Virus record (IMG/VR): IMGVR_UViG_3300035145_002457
Coordinates: 20,587 to 84,586 of that record
Direction: 5' to 3' (one strand)
Length of the DNA: 64,000 nucleotides
From: a virus
Every line of letters starts with the position of its first letter. The first letter of the stretch is position 1. This document shows positions 47,683 through 55,939 of this stretch, in pieces. A program made the translations under genes and the position numbers. A model generated the notes under the pieces. It worked only from the letters and a program-made list of their open reading frames with translations. It did no database searches and was not told where the DNA came from.

Positions 47683-49137
47683 TTTGAGATTTTCATACAA
47701 TGTTGATAAAGTTGTTAATGGCCATCTAACCATATATCCTAATTCTTCACATTTTTCTTGAGCAATGATTCTACGTCTTGCTCTTTCTCTAAAAGTTAAA
47801 GAAGGATTTTTAGTAGAATACCAATTGTTGTTTTCGTCATATTCTATACCCCAATGTGCAAGGTTTTCACCTATCGGAGATCCTGGTAACACAACCATTG
47901 TTTTACCTAGGTTGACACCGCTAATTGTTCCTTGCTCATTGTAAGGAGAAAGTCTATCTAGCAATGATAATGTTTGGTCAAAGTCATTGTCTGTTTCAGT
48001 AGGATAGCCTACAATCATTAACATATCACATTGTATTCCGTATTTGGTAAGCATAGCAATAGTAAAGTCTATATCATCATTGGAAAGTTTTTTACCCATA
48101 TCATGCATCACTGCTTCACTTCCGCTTTCGATACCAATATGCAATTGTTTTGCACCAGCTTCTTTCATTTTTCCAAACCATTCTTCTGTAAATTGATGTA
48201 TTGGCCGACATATAAACTGGCCACTCCATACAACATCTTTAATTTTTCCAGAACGTTTTGCTTTTACCATGGCATTTAAAAAATCTTCGAATGCTTTTAA
48301 ACTTCCGTTAATCAAACTGTCTGTAAAATAAAATTCTGTGCTACCAAATTTTTCATTATGAAAAACTATTTCGTCTGCTAAACTTTGCCCACTACGATAT
48401 CTAAAATGTTTCCATGCACTTTTAATATCACAAAAAGTACAATTACGAACACAGCCTCTACTGCCTGTAATAGCTACTGCTGAATTTTTATTTGCATATT
48501 TTGTAAAATCGAAATCGCTGTAATCAGGATTTGGTAATTCATCGAGGTTGTCTATTTGAGAATATCCTTTATAGTCTTTACCTTGCAGTAATGCAACAAG
48601 ACTTTTCTCACCTTCTCCTGTTATGTAAGTGTCTGCTAGTTTTGTGTCTACCATAAAGTCACCAAAATTGCTTGCACCACTTATACCAAATGTACTAACA
48701 CCCGGGCCACCTAACATAATCTTTTTGTCTGCTTTTGATTTAATAGTTTCACATAAGTCAATAGTATACAATACACTGTTCACACTTAGTACACTTACAC
48801 CCACCCATTCTGTGTTTAAACTTATAATATGATCAGCCCAATAGTTTAGATGTTTTTTATATAGTTTTAGTGTTTCTTTTGATAATGTATTTTTTTGTTG
48901 TAGTAAAGGTTGTAGGTTCAAACTGTCTTGTGTTATGTATCGAAAGTCAGTTTGAAAATATGAGTCTATTTCTTTGTAATTATCGAATTTTTGTTTTAGA
49001 TCTGTGTAAAGTTCTATGTTAAGATCGATTGTATGACATGTAAAACCTGCGTTTTCCACACAAGGCTTTAAAGCCGCTAGTGCAGGACTGGGCATATGAT
49101 TAGCCGTACGGGGAGAAGCAACTAGTGTCAAACTCAT
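47662..49137 (-). CDS. Cobalamin-binding-domain radical SAM enzyme (class B methylase-like)
   Basis: N-terminal P.PALAALK...DLN...WVGVSV...IMLGGP. Then GSRGCVRNCTFC, FYFTDS, IGIESGS and MIVGYPTET. Confidence 0.85.
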   Translation of the reverse strand: MSLTLVASPRTANHMPSPALAALKPCVENAGFTCHTIDLNIELYTDLKQKFDNYKEIDSYFQTDFRYITQDSLNLQPLLQQKNTLSKETLKLYKKHLNYWADHIISLNTEWVGVSVLSVNSVLYTIDLCETIKSKADKKIMLGGPGVSTFGISGASNFGDFMVDTKLADTYITGEGEKSLVALLQGKDYKGYSQIDNLDELPNPDYSDFDFTKYANKNSAVAITGSRGCVRNCTFCDIKSAWKHFRYRSGQSLADEIVFHNEKFGSTEFYFTDSLINGSLKAFEDFLNAMVKAKRSGKIKDVVWSGQFICRPIHQFTEEWFGKMKEAGAKQLHIGIESGSEAVMHDMGKKLSNDDIDFTIAMLTKYGIQCDMLMIVGYPTETDNDFDQTLSLLDRLSPYNEQGTISGVNLGKTMVVLPGSPIGENLAHWGIEYDENNNWYSTKNPSLTFRERARRRIIAQEKCEELGYMVRWPLTTLSTLYENLKSNKETI

Positions 49138-49141
49138 ATTG

Positions 49142-49149
49142 TATTTAAG
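49142..49149 (-). promoter_or_regulatory. Late-like motif (CTTAAATA), 4 nt upstream of the ATG
   Basis: - strand reads cttaaatacaatATG with no SD. Confidence 0.4.
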
Positions 49150-49164
49150 TAAGATTTTTTAATT

Positions 49165-50397
49165 TTAGATTAAGTTGGCCCAAGCGCCGTTTTCGTAACC
49201 TTGGAATTTGTTATCAGTTGTATTGTAGATAATCATTCCGTTAGCCGCTGTAAGAGCGTCTCTAGTAGTTGTATCCATGTTTCCTAACAACATAGCACCA
49301 CCTACGTTTACTTTTGCATCTGCACTTGGTTCAATACCCAAACCGTAGTTACCAGTAGCAGTTGCCATATGGAATGTTTCAGCAGTATTTTTACTACCAA
49401 CTGCAATAATAAATTCATCTTTACGTGCAATAGCAACTACAGGAGTGTGTGTGCCTGCGGCATCTATTGCTCTAAATAAAACTCGCCCAATATTATCAGT
49501 GCCTGCTAGTGTTCTACCAGTATCTTCGGTCATAATCCACATGCCGGTTCCTGATGCACCATTACTTTTAAGTTCTATTCTAGGTTGTGAGTTACCACCG
49601 GTATTTGTCATATCTATATCAAGAATTCCATTGGTAGTAAGATCAGTAATTGAATTTGTTTTTAAATTTATTGCATTTAAAATATTGTTATTTGCATCGT
49701 AAAGTATTGTACTATCATCAGCAAAAACACTACCACGTAAATCACCTATGACTGGTCCTGTATGGGTTCCAGTTGTATTACCTGAAATACTGCCTGTAAC
49801 ATTACCTACAACATTACCTGTAACATTACCTACTAAATCTGCTGTTATTGAAGCAGGAAAAACACCTGCTGGAAGTGTTCCTGTTAGTTGTGCCGCGGCA
49901 ACGGCACCTGTTGAAGAATTAAAAACTACTGTACTATCATCTGCAATCAAATCTGCTTGTATTCTTTCAGCGGTGATTTGGCTGTCTACGTTAAGTTGGC
50001 TAATCCAAACTTCGTTCCAATATGCTGTTGGACTACCAATTGAATATGCTCTATCTTGATCAGGAACTAAATGGCCTTGAACTGAACCATTAAGTGCAAT
50101 AATATCACCGGTTTCGTCACCTAAGTTAATATTGCCAGTTGCAGTAATTGTACCAGTAATATTAATATTACCTGTACCTATTACGTTGTAATTGTTTAGA
50201 TCTAAATTTCCTCCTAGCTGTGGAGTTGTATCAGCTAGTACGGAATCAATTGTATTGGCTATTGTGGTTGTGCCACCCTGTGTGGATCCGTCTCCAACAT
50301 ATAACTGCTTTGTATCAGTTACATATATAAGTTCGCCTTCTGCGGGCGTGATTGTTAATCTTTCTGCATTTGTGCCACGTCTAACTTGTAAAGCCAT
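49165..50397 (-). CDS. Tail fibre-like protein with Mtd-N/hyaluronidase-N-type trimerisation domain, 410 aa
   Basis: MALQVRRGT..ER....PAEGELIYVTDTKQLYVGDG, DTTPQLGGNLD, GNVT tetrapeptide repeats, ADDST repeats and C-terminal NGMIIYNTTDNKFQGY. Confidence 0.7.
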   Translation of the reverse strand: MALQVRRGTNAERLTITPAEGELIYVTDTKQLYVGDGSTQGGTTTIANTIDSVLADTTPQLGGNLDLNNYNVIGTGNINITGTITATGNINLGDETGDIIALNGSVQGHLVPDQDRAYSIGSPTAYWNEVWISQLNVDSQITAERIQADLIADDSTVVFNSSTGAVAAAQLTGTLPAGVFPASITADLVGNVTGNVVGNVTGSISGNTTGTHTGPVIGDLRGSVFADDSTILYDANNNILNAINLKTNSITDLTTNGILDIDMTNTGGNSQPRIELKSNGASGTGMWIMTEDTGRTLAGTDNIGRVLFRAIDAAGTHTPVVAIARKDEFIIAVGSKNTAETFHMATATGNYGLGIEPSADAKVNVGGAMLLGNMDTTTRDALTAANGMIIYNTTDNKFQGYENGAWANLI

Positions 50398-50428
50398 CTA
50401 TTAACTCCTGAATAGTAATTGTCATATG

Positions 50429-50436
50429 TATTTATG
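50429..50436 (-). promoter_or_regulatory. T4-like late promoter (CATAAATA)
   Basis: Intergenic, upstream of an AGGAG SD and the fibre gene ATG at 50397. Confidence 0.55.
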
Positions 50437-50440
50437 CCTT

Positions 50441-50752
50441 TTACTTTCTTTTCTTCATGAAGATTTCTGTGCGTTTTTTGATGTCTCTTTTGACTCTTTG
50501 CGTATCAAGTCTAAAATCAATATTAGCTATATTTTTTTCGTATTGATCAAACAAATCTGTAAGAGCAGTTTCAATATCTAGATGTGGTTTTGTTCTAGAT
50601 TTTTTAACATCAATTTCCCACACTTTTCCATCTGTAAAATATACCTTTACACTATGTAGATACTCAATAGGAACTACATCTATGGTTATATCTTTAAATA
50701 CATCTGGCCAAGCATTAACAACTTCAGGCGGCAAACGACCTTTTTTAGCCAT
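50441..50752 (-). CDS. Hypothetical protein, 103 aa
   Basis: Co-oriented with neighbours and overlaps the upstream gene. Confidence 0.6.
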   Translation of the reverse strand: MAKKGRLPPEVVNAWPDVFKDITIDVVPIEYLHSVKVYFTDGKVWEIDVKKSRTKPHLDIETALTDLFDQYEKNIANIDFRLDTQRVKRDIKKRTEIFMKKRK

Positions 50753-51356
50753 CTACTGTTGACTTTGACTTGCGCTTAGTCGGAACAAGTTCTTCAGCTT
50801 GCTCTCTCAGACGCTTTGCTTCTTTAAACAAAGAATCTGCTTGCGAACGATATTGAGCCGCAAGTGCTTCGTCAGTCAACACATTATCTGTATTTCCTGT
50901 GGTGTATGTTGCAGTAGGATCAACCGGAGCGTCTGTGGTACTATCCTTTGGTTGTACTGTTTGGCCATCTGCGCCTTTAAGAGCTAGATCAGCAACAGTT
51001 ACACCTTTTTGTTCTGCAATGTTCTTGTTAAGTTCATCTAATGGAACAGACGTAACATTGTTAGGTGTCATTTCAATTAGGTTTGATTGAACCTTTTGAA
51101 ACTTTCCAGTTGTATGAAATCCTGCTAACATATTCCTACCATCGGGTAGTTGTGTTCTGGCCATTGCTTCGCCAAGTTCGTATGCATCTTGTCCAGTCTG
51201 AGACTCAATAAGATTCATAAGTGTATCATGCTCACCAGCATCTAGACTTTCGGTCATCACTATTAAGCAGTTGTTTGGATCTCCAGGAACAACTCTGTAT
51301 GCAACTGCACACTTCTTTTTAGTTTTGATCACACGTCCAACATGTTTTAAAGCCAT
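50745..51356 (-). CDS. Hypothetical protein, 203 aa
   Basis: GGAG SD; C-terminal coiled coil. Confidence 0.65.
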   Translation of the reverse strand: MALKHVGRVIKTKKKCAVAYRVVPGDPNNCLIVMTESLDAGEHDTLMNLIESQTGQDAYELGEAMARTQLPDGRNMLAGFHTTGKFQKVQSNLIEMTPNNVTSVPLDELNKNIAEQKGVTVADLALKGADGQTVQPKDSTTDAPVDPTATYTTGNTDNVLTDEALAAQYRSQADSLFKEAKRLREQAEELVPTKRKSKSTVDG

Positions 51357-51357
51357 G

Positions 51358-51630
51358 CTATTCTCCTTTTTCCTTTGCAGGTGGATTCTGTGCCGCTACT
51401 GCATTTAGGAATGTTTCTAGTTTATTATATGTAGAACCAACTGTCATCATTTCATTTGGTCTAAAAGCACCTCTTGTACTTGCAACATCAATGATTTGTT
51501 TTAAAGCACTAAGATCACTGATTGTAAGTTCAGTTGGTTGCTCATTTGCTGTAGGTGCCGCTTTTGGCGCATCTGATGGTGCCGCAGTCGACGTATCCTT
51601 AGATACAGCAGTATTAGTTTTTTCAGTCAT
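51358..51630 (-). CDS. Hypothetical protein, 90 aa
   Basis: AGGAG SD; upstream late motif at 51657-51670. Confidence 0.65.
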   Translation of the reverse strand: MTEKTNTAVSKDTSTAAPSDAPKAAPTANEQPTELTISDLSALKQIIDVASTRGAFRPNEMMTVGSTYNKLETFLNAVAAQNPPAKEKGE

Positions 51631-51656
51631 TCGTATCTCCTGTGTAATTTATAAAC

Positions 51657-51670
51657 TACGTAGTTATTTA
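51657..51670 (-). promoter_or_regulatory. Late-promoter-like motif TAAATAACTACGTA
   Basis: Exact reverse complement of 15697-15710. Overlaps the palindrome AACTACGTAGTT. Confidence 0.5.
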
Positions 51671-51946
51671 CTTGTATTTCAAAAGTGGACATGCCAAAGT
51701 GAAATAGGATAGTTCTTTGGCATCTTCGAAACCTACTTTACATACGGTTTCTGTACCTTGATCGCCTAGTGTAATAGACTTACCTACGTAAAATCTGCCT
51801 TTTAGATTGCTGGTTATCCAGTTTACAAGGCTCTGTTCTAGGTTATATTTCAAGGGTAAATTGATATATTCGCATTGAGGACTAGGCACTTTTAAGCGCC
51901 TAATCTCAAATAAATTATAAGCATTCGGCTCTTTATGCCGCAACAT
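51668..51946 (-). CDS. Hypothetical protein, about 92 aa
   Basis: Overlaps the end of the vWA gene; co-oriented. Confidence 0.6.
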   Translation of the reverse strand: MLRHKEPNAYNLFEIRRLKVPSPQCEYINLPLKYNLEQSLVNWITSNLKGRFYVGKSITLGDQGTETVCKVGFEDAKELSYFTLACPLLKYK

Positions 51947-53255
51947 GTTCTTCATAATGTGTTGTTACACCAAATGGTGCTTGTAAATCTTTATCTCTGT
52001 TTGAATGTATTACAAAAACAGTTTCGCAGTAATCTTCATCACCCCAACTGTTCCAAGGATATCCATCTGTGAACATAATAAATTTTTTAGGTTGGATATC
52101 ATTTTCTTTCATATAAGTCCAGTTTACATCAAAATCAGTGCCACCGCCACCGAAGATTTTATATGTTGACAAGTCGTCTCCGCCGTCAGCTGTAAACTCT
52201 TGTTCATTGTAAACCTTAGTGTCAAAACACCATATTACAATACGATAGTCTTTGTATTCGTCCATAATACCTTTGACTTCACTTAAGAAATCTTTAGCCT
52301 GATGATCACCTATTGAGCCACTCATGTCTAGTCCAATAGCAACATCAATAGTTTCATCAAAATTCATACCTGGTAGTATAGCACCTGTGTGCCAACCCTT
52401 ACGTGAAGGACGCATAAATGTATAATCTGATTTGATTGTAGATTGAATTTGCTGACGTAAAATCTCTCTCCAATTCATTTTAGGCTCAGTAAGTTCTTTA
52501 ATCATACGTGTGATTTCTGCAGGTGTGTTACCAGCACCAGCGGCTTGTGCGGCACTTAGCATCCCTTCTTTAATCTCATCTTTGATCTTACGCATTTCTT
52601 CTTTAGAATATTTAGGCTTCTTTTTACTTACGTTATTGCCGTTTGTATCTTTTTCTTCACCAGCATCACCGTCGCCATCACCTTCGTCATCACCTAGGCC
52701 ATCAAGGTGTTCGTCTAACATTTCGCCTAGTTGTTTTAGGAATTCTTCACCGTTCTTTTTTGCTTGTTCGTAAATATCGTCATATACTTCTTCGGAAGTC
52801 CATGAATCATATTTAAAGTCTTGGAAGCAGTCAACAATCTTTGGTTTCTCGCCAATTCTATCTCTTACAAGTAAGTTGTTTACAATATAATCTGCGGCAA
52901 TGTTGTAAATCATAGGATTACGATCTTCTCTACGTCCTAAATGATCAAATACACAATGTAGGATTTCGTGTGCAATAACAAATTCAATTTCTTTGTTATT
53001 CATTGCATTAAAGAATTGTGTATTAAAGTATAAATTACGACCGTCTACAGCCGCAGTAGGAAGCCAATCGTCAGCCGCAACAATACGTAAACGTGTTGCC
53101 ATATTGCCGAAAAAAGGATGTCGTAGCAACAAACCTACTCTTGCTACAATGATTCTGTCGAGTACTTCTACTCGCATTTCTTCAAGTTGTTCTGGAGTAA
53201 TATCTGGATCTGGAGACCAGTTCTTAAGTTTACTTGCAGTTTCTTTAGTACTCAT
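51933..53255 (-). CDS. Metallopeptidase (HEXXH) + vWA domain protein (DUF2201-like)
   Basis: PTAAVDG, AHEILH..FDH, an acidic linker, vWA MIDAS DMSGS, GGGGTDF and FTDGY. Confidence 0.85.
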   Translation of the reverse strand: MSTKETASKLKNWSPDPDITPEQLEEMRVEVLDRIIVARVGLLLRHPFFGNMATRLRIVAADDWLPTAAVDGRNLYFNTQFFNAMNNKEIEFVIAHEILHCVFDHLGRREDRNPMIYNIAADYIVNNLLVRDRIGEKPKIVDCFQDFKYDSWTSEEVYDDIYEQAKKNGEEFLKQLGEMLDEHLDGLGDDEGDGDGDAGEEKDTNGNNVSKKKPKYSKEEMRKIKDEIKEGMLSAAQAAGAGNTPAEITRMIKELTEPKMNWREILRQQIQSTIKSDYTFMRPSRKGWHTGAILPGMNFDETIDVAIGLDMSGSIGDHQAKDFLSEVKGIMDEYKDYRIVIWCFDTKVYNEQEFTADGGDDLSTYKIFGGGGTDFDVNWTYMKENDIQPKKFIMFTDGYPWNSWGDEDYCETVFVIHSNRDKDLQAPFGVTTHYEEHVAA

Positions 53256-53284
53256 CAGTGCCACCCTTCTAAGTTTATATATAC

Positions 53285-53313
53285 ATAATAGCAATATTTA
53301 CTTGTAAAGTCAA
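53285..53313 (-). promoter_or_regulatory. sigma70-type promoter TTGACT-N17-TATTAT
   Basis: -35 at 53313-53308, -10 at 53290-53285 with an extended TG; upstream of the vWA gene. Confidence 0.65.
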
Positions 53314-53344
53314 GAGAAAATGGACGTTTTGGAGAGATCGTCCA
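53312..53344 (-). terminator. Possible intrinsic terminator after the AAA gene
   Basis: Inverted repeat TGGACG/CGTCCA (53321-53344) followed by TTTTCTCTT on the - strand. Confidence 0.4.
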
Positions 53345-53354
53345 ACTCTTCATG

Positions 53355-54440
53355 TTACACCTGTTGTGCGGCAGTAATATACTTGCCATATCTATCGTGG
53401 AATTCATCAAAGCACTCCACTTCGTCTGGATCAATTGGAAGTGAATATTGTGTAAGAGCAAGTTTGATACCCATTACAACCAATTCAGTATCGAAGTTAT
53501 CCATTGCAAAACGTAAAAAGTTGTTTACTTTAGAATCAAACTTTTTGTCGCCTTTGTTGGATGACTCCTGAAGTTCGTAACAGAGTGAGACAGTCAAGGA
53601 ATACATGGCACTGATTTCTTTAGCCTTCATCTCTTTTACTTTACCTTCCAAAATATCCGTTGGATTTGGCATAGTTGACGCAACCTTTCGGTGTGCCATA
53701 AATTTAACTGCAAGGCCTTCGCCTACAGAACCACTTACAAGATCTGTAGTGGTTTGTTCGTCATCATCGTCTTCGAGAAGTTCGGAAACAAATGACCAAG
53801 AACGAGGTGTAGCAAAAGAACGACTCGGACTTTTAGGATCAAAATCATACAAGTCTTTCTTTGCAAAAGTCAAGTAACCAACAACGTCTGTGTGGATTTT
53901 GTTTTCTACAGCCCAAGCAAACCAGTCATCAAAATCAACTGCAAGCTCAAGGTGTACAAAACGGTTTGCCAACGGAGCAGGCATTCTATAAGTAACACCT
54001 TTATCCGCATCACGGTTACCAGCCGCAACAATTAGAACATTGTCAGGAAGAACATATTGTCCTACCTTACGGTTAAGAATAAGTTGGTAAGCGGCAGCCT
54101 GTACAGCTGGCGCCGCAGAATTCATTTCGTCTAAGAACAAAATAATAAATTTGTGTTTCTTAGCAAGTTCGGCAGTAGGCAGTTCTTGTGGTGGTGCCCA
54201 CATCATAGAATTATCATTTGCCGCATAATATGGGATACCTTTGATATCTGTTGGTTCCCAAAGTGATAATCGAATATCAATTACGTAGGCTTCCATAGAA
54301 TTACCAATTTGGTGAATGATATCGGATTTACCAATACCTGGAGGACCCCATAAAAAGATTGGACGTTTCTTTTTGAAAGCTCTTACGATGCTTTTCTTTG
54401 CTCCATTTGGAGTTACAGTGCGAAGTGCTGTTGTTTCCAT
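53355..54440 (-). CDS. MoxR-like AAA+ ATPase
   Basis: Walker A GPPGIGKS, Walker B LFLDEMN, AAGNR, PLANRF and TPRSW. ATG at 54440 follows GAGGA. Confidence 0.85.
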   Translation of the reverse strand: METTALRTVTPNGAKKSIVRAFKKKRPIFLWGPPGIGKSDIIHQIGNSMEAYVIDIRLSLWEPTDIKGIPYYAANDNSMMWAPPQELPTAELAKKHKFIILFLDEMNSAAPAVQAAAYQLILNRKVGQYVLPDNVLIVAAGNRDADKGVTYRMPAPLANRFVHLELAVDFDDWFAWAVENKIHTDVVGYLTFAKKDLYDFDPKSPSRSFATPRSWSFVSELLEDDDDEQTTTDLVSGSVGEGLAVKFMAHRKVASTMPNPTDILEGKVKEMKAKEISAMYSLTVSLCYELQESSNKGDKKFDSKVNNFLRFAMDNFDTELVVMGIKLALTQYSLPIDPDEVECFDEFHDRYGKYITAAQQV

Positions 54441-54497
54441 TGTGTATTCCTCTTCTTTGTGTTTCAGTGCCATAACTTATTTTCTAAGTATGTATAT

Positions 54498-54526
54498 ACT
54501 ATAGCACCTAATAACCTAAAGGTCAA
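54498..54526 (-). promoter_or_regulatory. sigma70-type promoter TTGACC-N17-TATAGT
   Basis: -35 at 54526-54521, -10 at 54503-54498 with an extended TG; upstream of the AAA gene. Confidence 0.65.
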
Positions 54527-54921
54527 CCACTTTTGGATTCTTTTTTCTGTCTTGTTAGAGCTTTTTGGAGACCATATTTACGAACGTCTCCGCTAAAAAG
54601 GCTTAATTCCATTGCCTTTTTTTCATTTGTGACTATAATACCTTTGCGATCTAAATAATATGGACAATCTATAAAGTTATCCATCCAAATCAATGTGTTA
54701 GTAGTAAGTTCAAAATCTATAGGATAAGGTATTTGATATGTTTGTAAGTCAAGTGTTTCTTTTATAAAATCATATCCTGCGTCAGTTAGTCGTAAACCGC
54801 CTGTATCTTTTGACCTTGTGTTTTGCCACCACAAAGGCAGATATTCTTTCACAGACAAATCGTTTACACTTTTGCCTGCTTGTTTAAGAAATACTTTGGT
54901 ATAGGTTTCTTTCCAGTTCAT
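54523..54921 (-). CDS. Hypothetical protein, 132 aa
   Basis: ATGA overlap with the upstream gene; contains GGLRLT. Confidence 0.6.
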   Translation of the reverse strand: MNWKETYTKVFLKQAGKSVNDLSVKEYLPLWWQNTRSKDTGGLRLTDAGYDFIKETLDLQTYQIPYPIDFELTTNTLIWMDNFIDCPYYLDRKGIIVTNEKKAMELSLFSGDVRKYGLQKALTRQKKESKSG

Positions 54922-55205
54922 TCCGTTACAGTTTCACCAGATGTAAGTTTTACAACAGTAAATTTATCTGTGTTAAAAAGATCATTTAATTTGCTTGCTA
55001 AATTATGAGCATGTCCGGGATTAGAAAAACTTGTCTTTTTATATTTCGGTCCAGGATAACTTGTAAGAACATTTGAGCTTTTTAGGTTAAAAGGTGCATT
55101 ATCATAGAATACAGCCCATATTGCTTCTGCTTGTAATACTTGCTCTGCTTTGTATGTTTTTTTATCTATATACTCAACGAGTACAGTTGGTTTAGGTCTA
55201 CTCAT
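54918..55205 (-). CDS. Hypothetical protein, 95 aa
   Basis: AAGGA SD; upstream GATAAATA at 55232-55239. Confidence 0.65.
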   Translation of the reverse strand: MSRPKPTVLVEYIDKKTYKAEQVLQAEAIWAVFYDNAPFNLKSSNVLTSYPGPKYKKTSFSNPGHAHNLASKLNDLFNTDKFTVVKLTSGETVTE

Positions 55206-55231
55206 ATGCGTTCCTTAGTTAACTACGCATA

Positions 55232-55239
55232 TATTTATC
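55232..55239 (-). promoter_or_regulatory. T4-like late promoter (GATAAATA)
   Basis: Intergenic, upstream of 55205. Confidence 0.5.
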
Positions 55240-55245
55240 TCTTTT

Positions 55246-55491
55246 TTACCAACTATTTCCACCGTCCATATTGATTTGGACTACTTCATCTGCTCCGCTA
55301 TATTTTTTTGCAAGTATTTCTTCTAAGTTACCATTCAATCTTGTCATTACAATTCCTAATGTAAATGCAAGATTTTTCGCTTGCTGTATATCAAGTTTAA
55401 CTTCTCTCGACCTTCCTGCATCTGCTGTTTTAACTTGAGAAATAAATTGTTGAATAGCGACAGTGTTAATAGGATCATTTTGCGTTGACAC
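55246..55491 (-). CDS. Hypothetical protein, 81 aa
   Basis: GTG start after a GGAG SD; overlaps the upstream gene. Confidence 0.55.
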   Translation of the reverse strand: MSTQNDPINTVAIQQFISQVKTADAGRSREVKLDIQQAKNLAFTLGIVMTRLNGNLEEILAKKYSGADEVVQINMDGGNSW

Positions 55492-55939
55492 GTGATAACT
55501 CCGATCTCATTTCAAGTTCTGTTTTAAAAGGTCCTCTAAATTCATACCGTTCTAATGTAATTAGTTTAGGACAAAAAGATTTTACCCAACCTTTTTCAAA
55601 ACGTATTGTATAATATCCTGCACAGTACAAACTTTTACTTTTGTCACTTTTAGTAAACAAAGGCAGTCTTTTTCTTACATCATACATACTATTATACGGT
55701 GTACAACTTGTTGGATATTCATGCACTTCATTTGCACTAAAAGTTTCCTTAATTTCTAAACTTTGCCAACTAACTTGACTTTTAAGTGTTTTTTCTATTG
55801 CATGAGTGTTGTCAAAAAATCTACTTCCTTTTGCATCACTCAACATGTATTGTTCATCATTAAAACTAATTGTACCAACACTCTTTCCGTTTTCAGATAC
55901 AATCCAAAATTTGTTTTTTACTATTTCTTTTGCATTCAT
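55475..55939 (-). CDS. Hypothetical protein, 154 aa
   Basis: ATGA overlap with the nuclease gene; contains YCAGYY...FCPKLITL..Y..GPFKT. Confidence 0.6.
   Translation of the reverse strand: MNAKEIVKNKFWIVSENGKSVGTISFNDEQYMLSDAKGSRFFDNTHAIEKTLKSQVSWQSLEIKETFSANEVHEYPTSCTPYNSMYDVRKRLPLFTKSDKSKSLYCAGYYTIRFEKGWVKSFCPKLITLERYEFRGPFKTELEMRSELSRVNAK

Noticed and set aside
16710-49137. Bacterial O-antigen/capsule locus or eukaryotic giant-virus (NCLDV) origin
   Set aside because: There are no flippase, polymerase or transporter genes. The block is embedded between phage tail genes, uses the same phage promoter motifs, and has SD-led overlapping prokaryote-style genes.
49770-49835. Short DNA tandem repeat (acattacct..)
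   Set aside because: It encodes the GNVT/GNVV tetrapeptide repeat of a fibre shaft and is not an independent repeat element.
49165-50397. Diversity-generating retroelement, suggested by the Mtd-like N-terminus
   Set aside because: No reverse transcriptase, template/variable repeat pair or C-type lectin tip was seen in the window.
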